Below, one piece after another: positions 50,341-62,724 of a stretch of 64,000 nt of DNA. Source of the DNA: Stegostoma tigrinum (Eukaryota); contig NC_081398.1 of NCBI RefSeq assembly GCF_030684315.1, positions 4,568,385 to 4,632,384 of the forward strand, read 5' to 3'. Numbering within the stretch: position 1 is the first letter of the stretch; every line of letters begins with the position of its first letter. Under the pieces are notes generated by a model, which saw only the letters and a program-made list of their open reading frames with translations, did no database searches and was not told the DNA's origin. A program made the translations under genes and the position numbers.

Positions 50341-51134
50341 ACTTTCCACACAAACACGATTAAACCAGAACTTGAAATTTTGCCCATTGTTCCACGTGTG
50401 CAATAAAATGTCCCAGGACATCAAACAACATTCGGCACTGGGCTGCACATGGGGGAGGAAGCGGGTGATCGGCACTAGGGATAGAAACTGAACGGGGTGA
50501 AGGGTCTCCTGCAGCATGATGAAATAGAGGACCCGGAGCTCAGACAGGTGGGTTTTAAGGGGCACTGGGCAGAGGAGGAGAGACAGGGGTGGGGATTAGG
50601 AAGGGAATTCAGCATCCTGGGACTCATGAGCCTCAACGTGACAAAGATTCGAATCTCACTACAGCAGATGGTGGAATCTGAATTCAGTAAACAATCTGGA
50701 GTTAACCGTCGAAATATACCCAAATTTTTGGTAAAATCCATCTGGTTATACAATGTCCTTCAGGGACGGAAACTGCCATCTTTACTGAGTCTGGCCTACG
50801 TGACTCCAGACCCACACAGTAATGCGGTTGACTCTTGACTATCCTCTGGGGCAATTAGCGATGGGCAATAAATGTGAGCCCAGCCAGTGACACCTACATC
50901 CTGTCGGTGGAGGAAAATAACTGGTGAGGATCGTATAATTAAAACCACAGGCCAGAATGAGGGGGGAGGTATGGGGCTGGAGGGGATCCCTGGGGATAGG
51001 GAGTGGGCTGAGGGCCACAGAGGGGCAAGAAAACAAGGGTGGGAATTTTACAATCAGGGTATTACTTAACACGAGCTGACACAGGTCAGTGAGCACAGGC
51101 AGGTGGCTTACAGAGACCAGTGAGAGCAATAAAG

Positions 51135-51440
51135 TCATACAGCATGGAAACAGACCCTTTGGCCCAACAGGTCTGTGCTGGCCAGGTTTCCTAAAAACTG
51201 AACCAGTCCTATTTGCCAGCATTTGGCCCGTGTCCCTCTAAACCCTTCCTTATCCATGTACCCTTCCAGATGCCTTTTAAATGCTGTAACTGTACCAGCC
51301 CCCACCCCTTCCTCTGGCAGCTCATTCCACACACACACCACCCTCTGTGTGAAAAAGTTGCCCCTTGGGTCCCTTTTCAATCTTTCCCCTCTCACCTTAA
51401 ACCTATGCCCCTCTGGTTTTGAGCTCCCCATACCTTGGGG
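51135..51440 (-). mobile_element. CR1 LINE 3' fragment
   Basis: GHRFKVRGER...NFFTQRVVCVWNELPEE. Confidence 0.85.
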
Positions 51441-52802
51441 GGAATAAAGGCTTTATTCTGCACGCAGTTATGTTGATGAACTTCACCATCAGTAAACGTA
51501 CACCAGGGCATACGATGCAGGCACACACAAACAGTCCACAGCACAAGTCACAGGACCAGTTTCTCATCAGTTCTTTATCACATTCATTAGGATCACTGAT
51601 ATTAAATCGAGAGTGAGAGAGAATTATGATCGAGCCCTTTAGTTTCCTTATTAAATGGCTGCAGACAGTTTTCATGGTGGGAATAATTTTACTTCCTATT
51701 CATTTGCGGGATGAGGATGTTGCTGACTAGGCCCAGCATTTGCTGCCCATCCCTAATTGCCCCAGAGGGCTGTTAAGAGTCACTTAGATTGCTGTGGGTA
51801 TGGAGTCACATGTCAGCCAGACCAGGGAAGGATGGCAGTTTGCTTCCCTAAAGGACATTAATGATCCCGAGGGGGCTTTCCGACAATTGACAATGGGGCG
51901 CCTGGCCATCATTAGGCTCTTAATTCCCAGATTTTCTGTTTGGAAAATTCAAATTGCAGCAGTCATGGCAGGATTTGGACGCCAGGACCATTAGCTGGGT
52001 CTCAGGAGTAACAGTGTGGTGATAATAGCATGAGGCCATCAGCTTCCCTTGTGTGGTCTTGGGATAGGATGAGATTGCAGGGCGCTAAAGCACACTGGTA
52101 CCAACTGGTGAGTGTAGGAAGCTGCAGCAGCAAACCTGCCATGTCATTAAGGTACCGTAGGCAGCCCCTATCATTGGGGTAGGATGGGTCAGTTTCCCTT
52201 AGTTTGGAGGGGTGGGGGGAGTGCGGGGAATGCAGAAGGGGACAAGCATATTTCAAAATGATCCAGAGGGAGATCGGAACGGAGAAAGCCTCTCACTCCC
52301 CAACCAGAGGGCCTGGAAATTCACTGCCTGAGAGGGTTAGTGACAGCAGAAAGCCCTCAATGCATTTTATGTATAAAAACAAAGATTTTGGGGTCCGCTC
52401 AGATACCTGAAGCTGCAGGGCTACAGGCCAAACGCTGCAGAGTGCGTTCGGGCCAGGTGGCTGAGAGGCCTCTTCCTCTGGTGTTAATGCCCAACGAGTG
52501 GGCTGGGATTCACAGTTGAAGCCGTAGCAAGGTTCACGGCAGCTGTTCTGAAGAAAGGTCACTAGACCCAAAATGTTGACTCTGCTTTCTCTCTCTCCGT
52601 CCGCGCAGAGCCTGCTGAGTTTCTCTGGCTATTTCTGTTCTTGTTTCAGCTTTCTGGCACCCGCAGTTCTTTCATTTCATGTTTGGTGGGGAGTACTGGT
52701 GCTAACGAAACGGTGCAGCCAACCTCAGAGCGAGGACAAGCACTGGGCAAACACAACGGTGCAGCTCGATTCACTGTTAACTTTGTGCAAACGTGCATCT
52801 AC

Positions 52803-52899
52803 CTTTGCATATCGCAAGCTTCCGGGTCGTTCAGCGTGTATGTTGTACTGCAGAATCCTTTCACAAATGTTATCCATGGCATCAGCTAGCCGGGTCTCC
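52803..52899 (-). CDS. CNPY4: CNPY4 exon 3
   Basis: ETRLADAMDNICERILQYNIHAERPGSLRYAK; TAG acceptor, AAG|GTAGAT donor; 97 nt. Confidence 0.95.
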
Positions 52900-53926
52900 C
52901 TAGCAGGCACAGGTGGGGTTGCGGGGGGAAGGAATAGAATGAGGGTGGGGGGAAAACAGAAAGAGCCAGTGAGCAAATTCAACTAAAGCTGACAGAAAGC
53001 CTGGTCATTAAACTATAAGCAAAAGGCAATCATTGTCTCCTTCCAACTACAGCCAACTTGTGAAGCTTTCTCTCTCCCTCTCTCTCGCGCGCTCCCCCTC
53101 TGAAGTCTCTTCTAGAATTCCCAAGAGTAACAATGCTCAGAAAAACAAAACAGCATTTATTGCCCATTACACTTGAGAAAGGTGGGGGTGAGCTGCCTTC
53201 TTGAACCCACGCAGTGCCATTAGGGAGGGAGTTCCAGGATTTTGACCCAAGAACAGTGAAGGAACGGCCAATGTATTTCCAAGTCAGGAAGGGGAGTGGC
53301 CCAGAGGGGAACGCACAGGGGCCGAGGCGCCCATGTATCTGTTGCCCCGGTCTTCATGGGTTTGGAAGGTGCTGTCTAAGGATCGTTGGTGAATTTTTGC
53401 AGTGCATCTTGTGGATAGTACACACTGTTGCTACTGCGCATCGTGGAGGGTGTTGGATGTTTGTGGATGTGGTGCCAATCAAGCGGGGGCTGCTTTGTCC
53501 TGGATGGGGTCGAGCTTCTCGAACATTGTTGGAGCTGTGCCCGTTCCCTCATACTCCTGACCTGTGCCTAATCACGGAGCACAGCAGTTCCCAGGGACAC
53601 CAATGAACATTGCCCTGTGTATTTTGAAGAAAGTTCTCCCTGTCTGAAGTCCCAATTGATGCATCCAGAGATTCCAGCCTACAAAGCAGCTGCTCCCTGT
53701 GCTCTCAGTCCAACAGCCCACACTAAGTATTCTTCGGGCCTGCCTCATCAAAGCCTGGAGCCTGTCTGGGAATGAACTGCAGCCTAGAGGTATTCCGAGC
53801 ACCAGCTTCAGCGAACTTAAACTCTGAAGGAAGGTTGTCAGAAGAAAGCTGGGGACAAAACAGAAACCACAAGTGGATTTGTACCCCACCCCCAGCCACG
53901 CGAGCGGATGATTGCGCAGCACTTAC

Positions 53927-54053
53927 GACGTGTTGTACTTGATCTTTCGCTTGCGTTTCCCATCGTCCAGCACTTCCCCGAGCTCCAACACTTCCTTGGA
54001 ACGTTTTGTCTTGTCCAGTGCGGACTGCAGCTCCAGTGTTAGGAACTTGCAGA
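53927..54053 (-). CDS. CNPY4: CNPY4 exon 2
   Basis: (V)CKFLTLELQSALDKTKRSKEVLELGEVLDDGKRKRKIKYNT(S); AG and GTAAGT boundaries; 127 nt keeps frame. Confidence 0.95.
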
Positions 54054-55599
54054 CTGCACACACACAGAACGGCGAGAGAGAGAGTTAGGCACTATCAGTA
54101 GGAAGATTTGAGTTTGATTTTTCTGCCCCTCCCGACGTCTTGCTTATGGTTTAAAATACACGCCAGCTGTGGATTCAGTGCCAATACTGAGCAAATGAGC
54201 GCTCTGGGCAACACAAGCAGGACTAGGCCATCTGGCCCATTATATCTGTTCTGCCATTTATTAAAACCATGGCTGGTATTTTCATGCACTTAGCTCCAAT
54301 TAAGCACCCACTCACCATAACCCTTAATCCCTTCACTGCTCAAAACAAACTCTATTTTGACCTTAAAAAGCATCCAACAAGGTAGTCTTAACTGCTTCAC
54401 TGAGTGGGGAATTCCACAGATTCACAACCCTTTCGGTGAAGAAGTTCCTCCTCGGCTCAGTTCTAAATTTGCTCTTTATTTTGAGGCTATGCCCAGTCTA
54501 GTTCCAGGTTCGCCTCCCAGTGGAAACAACCTCCCTACTATGTTATTGCCTTCACAATTTTACGTTTCTGTGACATGTCTCCCCACTCCGTCCACCATTC
54601 TTCTAAATTCCAAAGACTACAGTCTTTTGATTTATTTATTGATATCACATGTACCTAAGAACAGCGAAATGTTTTGTTTTGCATGCAGTAGAGGCAGATC
54701 ACAGCAAGGACATGCAGATCATAGGGTGATGGAACAGAGTCGGGCATACAGAGTTACAGCTGCAGAGGAAGTGCACAAAAGCAAGATCAACATTAGATGT
54801 GAAATGTGAGAGGTCCATTCAGAAGCAGGGAAGAAGCTGGCCTTGAACCTGCTGGTATCTGTATTTAAGCTTTTGTATCTTCTGCCCGATGGAAGAGATT
54901 ATAAATCGGGGGGGTGGGAGGAATCTTTGATGATGTTAGTTGCCTTAAATCTCTCCTCATTAGCCAACCATTTCGACCGCAGCATCAGCTTGGTGAACCT
55001 CCTCTGCACCCCCTCCAGTGCCAGGAACGTGCTTTCTCTAGTAAGGAGACCGTAACTGTAGGCATTACTCCAGGTGTGGCTTCACCAACACCCTGCACGG
55101 CTGCAGCATTACCTCCTGGTTTTTAAACTCCATCCTTTTAGCAACAGAGCATAATATTCCATTTGCTGCCTTAATTACCTGCTGCACCTGCAAACCAATT
55201 TTAAAGCAATGGGCTGTTAAAATCCAGAAGGTCGGGCAGAACTGTTCCTGTTTTGGAAAGGTTGCTTTCCTCCTACGTCATATTTTATCTTTTCGTGCAA
55301 AGTAGGCATCACAGATGAGGGCCAGCATTTGTTACCCCTGAAAGAATGCGAGGCCATTTCAAAGGCATTTACTGTCAGCCACATTGCTTGGTTTAGGGGA
55401 GTGGGGGGGAGGTGTTCAGGAATAGCACACAAGCCAGACCAGACAAGGATGGCAATTTTCTTCGTCTGAAAGATATGATTAAAACGAGTTGGTTTTTAAC
55501 AACAATGGCATTGCCAACAGCTTCACCATTGAGACTAGCTTTCAACACCACATTCTGCCAACTGCTACCAGTGTAAAACCAACAAAAAGAACAGTACTG

Positions 55600-56390
55600 A
55601 AATCAAAAAGTGCTGGAGATCACAGCAAGTCAGGCAGCATCCACAGAGAGGCAGCAAGCCTATGTTCCGAGTCTTGATGGCACTTCAGAGCTGACATGAA
55701 ACCTGGAGGCAGCATTGATGCTATAGTGCGGGTGAGTAAGGACGTGGATTGTTCAGGCTAATGTGAGAAAAATGGTGTGTCTAACTGCAAACTGAAAAGA
55801 ACAGACAGTCCCACTGGAGTCAGGGGAAGGACAGAGAGGACATGGTGACAGAGAACATAACAAGTAAAGCTAAAAGAAAAGGAAAGAACAGCTATGTGGT
55901 CACAATTTGGAGGTGTTAAACTCAGTAAAGAGTCTTGAAGGTTGTAAAGTGCCTAGTCTGAAGATGGGATAAAAAGGCATAGAGCTGGATGAACACAGCA
56001 GGCCAAGCAGCATCAGAGGAGCAGGAAAGTTGACGTTTTGGGTCTGGACCCTTGTTGTCCTCTCTCGAGTCTGAAGATGGGATGTTGTTCCTCCAGTTGG
56101 GGCTGTGATTCACTGGAGCAGTGCAGCACATTGAGGCTAGAGAGGTAGGAATGCAAGCAGGATGCTATGTTAAAATGTCTGGCTATGGGAAGGTCTCGGT
56201 CATGCTTGAGCACAGACCAGAGGTGTTCTGCAAAGCGGTCAGCCAGTCTGCATTTGGTTTCTCCGATGCAGAGTAGACCACATTGGGTGCGGTACAGGTG
56301 AAATGCTGCTTCACGTGTTTAAGCCCTTGGATGGTGAGCAGGGACGTGGTGATTGGCAGGTGTGGCACCTCCGGCAGTTACATGGCAAGG
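55600..56390 (-). mobile_element. Older Penelope-like 3' fragment with a nested mini-PLE (55971-56067)
   Basis: HFTCTAPNVVY and DLPIARHFN peptides; nested insert has a 16-bp TSD AGTCTGAAGATGGGAT. Confidence 0.7.
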
Positions 56391-56779
56391 TGTAAAGAAA
56401 AGTACACTGGGGTTCTTGTACTGAAGTGGTAACGCCTTTACCCCTACACCAGGAGGTCCAGTTTCTCTCGGACTATGGGAGAGATGCACATGCACATGCT
56501 CACTCCCATAACACTCAGTTCTCACCCCTTGGGTCTAAAATTTGCTTTCCACTAATAGAGTTATACAGAACAGAAACAGACACTTCGGTCTAATTTGTCC
56601 AGGCCAACTAGATATTCCTAACCTAACCTAGTCCCATTTATCAGTTTTTATCCTCCTGAACCCATCCTATTAATTAATCAGTGATAACGGGAACTGCAGA
56701 TGCTGGAGAATCCAAGATAATAAAATGTGAGGCTGGATGAACACAGCAGGCCAAGCAGCATCTCAGGAGCACAAAAGCT

Positions 56780-56807
56780 GACGTTTCGGGCCTAGACCCT
56801 TCATCAG
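56780..56807 (-). ncRNA. Minimal hammerhead motif (inverted copy)
   Basis: Reverse complement of the 58326-58353 motif. Confidence 0.7.
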
Positions 56808-58325
56808 AGAGGGGGATGGGGAGAGGGAACTGGAATAAATAGGGAGAGAGGGGGAGGCGGACCGAAGATGGAGAGAAAAGAAGATAGGTGGAGAGGAGAG
56901 TATAGGTGGGGAGGTAGGGAGGGGATAGGTCAGTCTAGGGAAGACGGACAGGTCAAGGAGGTGGGATGAGGTTAGTAGGTAGGAGATGGAGGTGCGGCTT
57001 GGGGTGGGAGGAAGGGATGGGGGAGAGGAAGAACAGGTTAGGGAGGCAGAGACAGGCTGGACTGGTTTTGGGATGCAGTGGGTGGAGGGGAAGAGCTGGG
57101 CTGGTTGTGTGGTGCAGTGGGGGGAGGGGATGAACTGGGCTGGTTTTGGGATGCGGTGGGGGAAGGGGAGATTTTGAAGCTGGAGAAGTCCACATTGATA
57201 CCATTGGGCTGCAGGGTTCCCAAGCGGAATATGAGTTGCTGTTCCTGCAACCTTCGGGTGGCATCATTGTGGCACTGCAGGAGGCCCATGATGGACATGT
57301 CATCTAAAGAATGGGCGGGGGAGTGGAAATGATTCGCAACTGGGAGGTGCAGTTGTTTATTGCGAACCGAGCGGAGGTGTTCTGCAAAGCGGTCCCCAAG
57401 CCTCCGCGTGGTTTCCCCAATGTAGAGGAAGCCACACCCTTGTCTGCTTTCCGGAGAGACCACTCTCTCCGTGACTCCCTTGTTCGTTCCACACTGCCCT
57501 CCAACCCCACCACACCCGGCACCTTCCCCTGCAACCGCAGGAAATGCTACACTTGTCCCCACACCTCCTCCCTCACCCCTATCCCAGGCCCCATGGTGAC
57601 TTTCCATATTAAGCAGAGGTTCACCTGCACATCTGCCAATGTGGTATACTGTATCCATTTTATCCGGTGTGGCTTTCTCTACATTGGGGAAACCAAGCGG
57701 AGGCTTGGGGACCGCTTTGCAGAACACCTCCGCTCGGTTCGCAATAAAAACTGCACCTCCCAGTCGTGAACCATTTCCACTCCCCCTCCCATTCTTTAGA
57801 TGACATGTCCATCCTGGGCCTCCTGCAGTGCCACAATGATGCCACCCGAAGGTTGCAGGAACAGCAACTCATATTCCGCTTGGGAACCCTGCAGCCCAAT
57901 GGTATCAATGTGGACTTCACCAGCTTCAAAATCTCCCCTTCCCCCACCACATCCCAAAACCAGCCCAGTCCGTCCCCTCCCCCCACTGCATCCCAAAACC
58001 AGCCCAGTTCTTCCCCTCCACCCACTGCACCACACAACAGGCCCAGCTCTTCCCCTACCCCCACTGCATCCCAAAACCAGTCCAACCTGTCTCTGCCTCC
58101 CTAACCTGTTCTCCCTCTCACCCATCCCTTCCTCCCACCCCAAACCGCACCTCCATTTCCCACCTACCTCCACATCCCACCTCCTTGACCTGTCCGTCTT
58201 CCCTGGACTGACCTATCCCCTCCCTACCTATACTCTCCTCTCCACCTATCTTATTTTCTCTCCATCTTCGGTCCGCCTCCCCCTCTCTCCCTATTTATTC
58301 CAGAACCCTCACCCCATCCCCCTCT

Positions 58326-58353
58326 CTGATGAAGGGTCTAGGCCCGAAACGTC
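58326..58353 (+). ncRNA. Minimal type I hammerhead ribozyme motif in a PLE terminus
   Basis: CTGATGA-agggtctaggccc-GAAAC-GTC: conserved core, short stem II, palindromic ACGT in place of stem III. Confidence 0.7.
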
Positions 58354-58769
58354 AGCTTTTGTGCTCCTGAGATGCTGCTGGGCCTGCTGTGTTCATCCAG
58401 CCTCACATTTTATTATCTTCTATTAATTAATCTACTCCCATGTGGCAGCATTTGGCCCATATCGCTCTCAGCCTTTCCTAAGCACGTACCCTCCAGATGC
58501 CTTTTAAATGTTGTAATTTTACACACCGTCAATTCCCAACAGAGAATAAACAAGAGAAGGCCAGGACATTCAGCCCATCATGGCTGTGCCAGCCCACTGC
58601 AACTGCAGATCAACTAGTGCCACCCTCTACGTCGTAGTTTCTTTCTCCCACAGAAGAGGGGCATAATTTTACTTTGGAAAGCCGGGAATAAGGTGGCATA
58701 CCCATCCCATACAAGGCTGGGAGACGTTAAAGGGAGACACCAGCTGCTCATTGGACTCCAGTCTCTCCC

Positions 58770-59600
58770 CGCCGTGGGCCGCCGCCATCTTGGATACCTG
58801 GTTGCCATGGGCGACCAGGTAGGTCCTTATTAACCCCCACCTCCCGCCGTGGTTCCTCCCCCCCCCCCAAAACACATGGGGGCTGTCCTCCGTGGCGCCC
58901 GGAGGAGCCGATGCGCGGGGCCTGAGATGTCCGTCCACTTTTCCCTCCGCTTTACCTTCGCACTTCGTGGGCAGCCTATCCCCTTCTTCCTCCTCCGCTG
59001 CCGCGCTATCAGCGAGCAGCGGAATAAAGAGCAAGAACGACAGCCGCAACATCACCTTCCCCGTGCCGGCGCGAGTTGGCAGGCGGCAGCCAATCACACG
59101 AGCCCGCCCCCCCACGTGACGCCCGCACCGGCCAATCAAACAGACGCATGTGCGGACGTTGCCACGACGCCAGCCTATCGCAGAGAAACTCCCACCACCC
59201 ACGTGGGATTTCGCCCAGTAGCCTTTCGTTTCGGCCTCGATTCCCCCCCCTCCAAACTTTCAGCCAATCATAGTGTTCACGGCCCACGTGGTGACCCGGC
59301 CCATTCGGCCAGTCGCGCTGATGCCCCGGTGCACGTGACAACGGTACCAACCAGTCAGGCGCGACCTCCTTCCGCATGCCGAGCCCCTTCATGATATCCC
59401 CGCCCTAAGTGTTGTCAGACCCCACGTGGGACGCCACCACTTCGGCAATTCAGAGGGGTAAACATAAACGGGGCCTTCGAGGCCACAGCCAATCACGCCG
59501 CCTTCCACGCCCCGAACACGGCCACGTGTCGGGATAAGCACCGCCCAGTCGCCCCACCCAAGCTCCCATTGGCTGCTGCTCCAATTTAAACCTCCCGCCT
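58770..59600 (-). promoter_or_regulatory. CNPY4 CpG-island promoter
   Basis: Six CACGTG E-boxes (59113, 59200, 59285, 59332, 59423, 59523) and multiple CCAAT boxes; YY1 motif (~58781) and RFX-like GTTGCCATGGGCGAC (58801) in intron 1. Confidence 0.8.
58956..59052 (-). CDS. CNPY4: Canopy FGF signalling regulator 4 (PRAT4B), exon 1 (signal peptide)
   Basis: ATG at 59052; MLRLSFLLFIPLLADSAAAEEEEGDRLPTKCE resembles human CNPY4 ...ERLPSKCE; donor G|GTAAAG, phase 1. Confidence 0.93.
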
Positions 59601-60528
59601 CGTGACGGTGGTAGCAGTATCGCTATGTCCAGACCCTGAAGTGGCGTTTGTTGGCCACTGCAGAGAAGGGTGAAGCTATCTCTGAGCAGATCGATAAGGC
59701 GCTATAGAAAACTGGCTCCATCCAGCGTTCATCATTCTTTGTGGCCTTGGTAAAGAAACAAGAGCCTGCACTGACATTCATAATGATCACAGCTGACTGT
59801 CCCAATCCTTATGCCAACATTTGCCATGATCCTATTAACTTGGTGCTGTCTGTTAGCTTAGTTGGGTGAATGGCTGGTATCTAGCACAGAATATTGGGCT
59901 AAATTCAATTATTTCTTGTAATGGCCAATGAGGTTCAGCCGGGACCCCCTTAGCTAGGTTTCTAGCTGCTTCCCCAGCCTGGAGACTGCCCTGGGCACCC
60001 CTCTGCACCCTTCTTTGAGACAGGCAGCATGGTGGCTCAGTGGTTAGCGCTGCTGTATCACAGCCGTAGAGACCCTGGTTTGATTTCACACTCTGATAAT
60101 GTCATGTATGAGGAGTTTCCTCCTATGTCCAAAAATTAGCAGACTAGGGTGGGTTGGCCATAAGACATAGGAGTGGAAGTAAGGCCATTCGGCCCATCAC
60201 GTCCACTCTGCCATTTAAATCAAGGCTGATGGGCATTTCAACACCACTTCCCTGCACTCTCCACATAGCCCTTGATTCCTTTTGAGATCAAGAATTTGTC
60301 GATCTCTGCCTTGAAGGCATCCAACGTCCCGGCCTCCACTGCACTCTGCGGCAATGAATTCCACAAGCAAATGCCATGCTAAATTGCCCTGTAATGTCCA
60401 GGGAAGTGCAGGCTATCCTCGGTGGATTAGCCATGGGAAATGCAGGGTTACATGGATAGGGCAGCAGGATGGGTCTGGATAGCGGTACTTGCAGACGGTC
60501 GATGTGGACTCAACAGGCACGAATAGTG

Positions 60529-60689
60529 TGTGATAACACGATGTGAAGCCAGATGAACGCAGCTGGCCAAGCGGCATCAGAGGAGCAGGAAAGTTTGATG
60601 TTTTGGGTCAAGACCCTTCTTTGGAAAGCTTTCCTGCTCCTCTGATGCTGCTTGGCCTGCCGTGTTCATCCAGCTACTATCTCTGTAAT
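60529..60689. mobile_element. Mini fold-back PLE derivative nested in a V-SINE tail
   Basis: GAATAGTG on both flanks. Confidence 0.65.
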
Positions 60690-60868
60690 GAATAGTGCGT
60701 TTCCATGCTGTCAGGATTTTACAACATCCCATGTGGGCTAATGGCTAATTTGAGGAGTGTGACGGATTTTTAATAAGTAACGGGTGAGCAGGGCAGGAAA
60801 GTGGAGTTGAGATCATCCATGATTGTGGCCTGAGTTCCACTTTCCTATTGTGACCTCATAATCTCCGC

Positions 60869-61390
60869 GCTTGGAGTATTGCGTACAGTTCTGGTCACCG
60901 CATTATAAGAAGGATGTGGAAGCTTTGGAAAGGGTGCAGAGGAGATTTACTAGGATGTTGCCTGGTATGGAGGGAATGTCTTACAAGGAAAGGCTGAAGG
61001 ACTTGAGGCTGTTTTCATTAGAGAGAAGAAGGTTGAGAGGTGACTTAATTGAAACATATAAAATAATCAGAGGGTTAGATAGGGTGGATAGGGAGAGCCT
61101 TTTTCCTAGGATGGTGACGGCGAGCACAAGGGGGCATAGCTTTAAATTGAGGGGTGAAAGATATAGGATCGATGTTAGAGGTAGTTTCTTTACTCAGAGT
61201 AGTAAGGGAATGGAACGCTTTGCCTGCAACGGTAGTAGATTCGCCAACTTTAGGTACATTGAAGTCATCATTGGATAAGCATATGGACGTACGTGGAGTA
61301 TTGTAGGTTAGATGGGCTTGAGATCGGTATGACAGGTCGGCACAACATCGAGGGCCGAAGGGCCTGTACTGTGCTGTTATGTTCTATATG
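60869..61390 (+). mobile_element. Young CR1-clade LINE 3' fragment
   Basis: LEYCVQFWSPHYKKDVEALERVQRRFTRMLPG...LERRRLRGDLIETYKII ORF2 C-terminus plus tail. Confidence 0.92.
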
Positions 61391-61799
61391 TATATATATG
61401 ATTGTTGTGAGTGTCAGAACATGCATGGAAGGGCTGAATGGCCTCATCAGCATTCCAACTGCGAGAGTAAACGAATTATGGGACCATACAGGATTGGAAT
61501 ATTTCACCATGGGAGGGGAGCGGTTAGGATGGAGTTCTGAGGAAGGGTTGCTGGACCTGAAACGTTAACTCTCCTATTTGTTTCTTCCACAGATGCTGCC
61601 AGACCAGCTGAGCTTTTCTAGCAACTTTGTTTTTGTTCCTGATTTACAGCATCCGCGGTTTTTTTCATAGTTAGTATTTAATGCATGTTTCAGTATGAGG
61701 AGTGCAAATGAAGTCAGCGTGCCAGGAGCCTCCACTTGCAGATACGAGTAGCCAAGGTGCACTATATTAAATCTAAACGTTGAAAAATTGTAACACCAC

Positions 61800-62184
61800 C
61801 AAAGTCTCGCTCTCCGCATCCGGAGCGGGAGTGAGGAGAAGCCGCGCGCGTCGATGGTATAAGAAGCATCACGTGTGCGGGGGTGGCGGAGAATCGGCCA
61901 ATCGGCAAAGGGATCGCGGGCGAGGGGGTATGCGACGTCAGGGGCGCGCCTGAGCCAATCGGCGACGTAGCAGCGGGAAGAGCGGGTGGGCGGCCAGTCA
62001 CGTGGCACCTCAGCCAATGGGAGGGCAGGTCGGCACCGGCGGTGTCACGTGGTCGCTGGACCAGGCCTGGTCCTGAGGATCCCGGGACGGAGAGGGAGAG
62101 AGAGCCGGAGGCTGGCCTCAGCCGCACGGGGGGAGCGGGAGATACAGAGCGAGAGTTAGATCGGCCCGGACCCCGGGGGGGAGG

Positions 62185-62216
<32 letters not shown>

Positions 62217-62440
62217 GCGAGCGCGCCCGCGGGGCGCCGCCTGGAGCCGGGACTCGGGAGGACACGACCAAGATGGCGCCTGGTGGCGGGGTCAGAGCCT
62301 GAGAGACACGGAGGGAGAAGGGGAGGGGGACGGAGGGACCCAAACAAGTGTGTGTTAGGGTAGAGAGGGAGGGGGGGCCTGCTGCTCCCCCCCTCAGCCC
62401 CAGCCCCAGCCCCAGCAGCAGCAGATCCACTGGGTGAGTG
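61800..62440 (+). promoter_or_regulatory. Divergent CpG-island promoter and first exon of the next gene (possibly TAF6, by synteny only)
   Basis: Three CCAAT, three TCACGTG, CRE-like GACGTCA, YY1 AAGATGGCG at 62270; donor GG|GTGAGT at 62434; no recognisable coding sequence. Confidence 0.65.
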
Positions 62441-62724
62441 AGAGGGAGGGACGGGGAGCTTATGACCCAGACCATCAGCAACAACATCCTACTCACTCAA
62501 GCTCCCCCCTCCTCGCCCTAACCCCACCAATGATATCCCTCCCTCCCTCAAGGTCGTTTTCCTTCCCCCCCCACCCCCCCCCCCCCCGCTGGGATCCCCA
62601 ATCCCCCCTTCACACTGCATCGAGATCCCCTTCTCTCCACCGTGGAGATCCGTCTCCCTTTCCATCCAACTGTCCCTCCTCCCGTGCCACGTTCCGTCCT
62701 CCAACAGTATTATAATAATTAAAA

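Larger units (their letters stand above)
56680..58419. mobile_element. Penelope-like element, inverted dimer of the 3' region (GIY-YIG remnant), 13-bp TSD
   Basis: FTCTSANVVYCI..RCGFLYIGETKRRLGDRFAEH GIY-YIG-type peptide; 56680-57436 is an inverted copy of ~57665-58419; CTATTAATTAATC at 56667-79 and 58420-32. Confidence 0.9.

Noticed and set aside
59085-59590. Canonical ERSE or ERSE-II
   Set aside because: No exact N9 or N1 spacing found
62273-62302. AAGATGGCG as the start codon of the plus-strand gene
   Set aside because: Gives only MAPGGGVRA*; better read as a YY1 site or uORF
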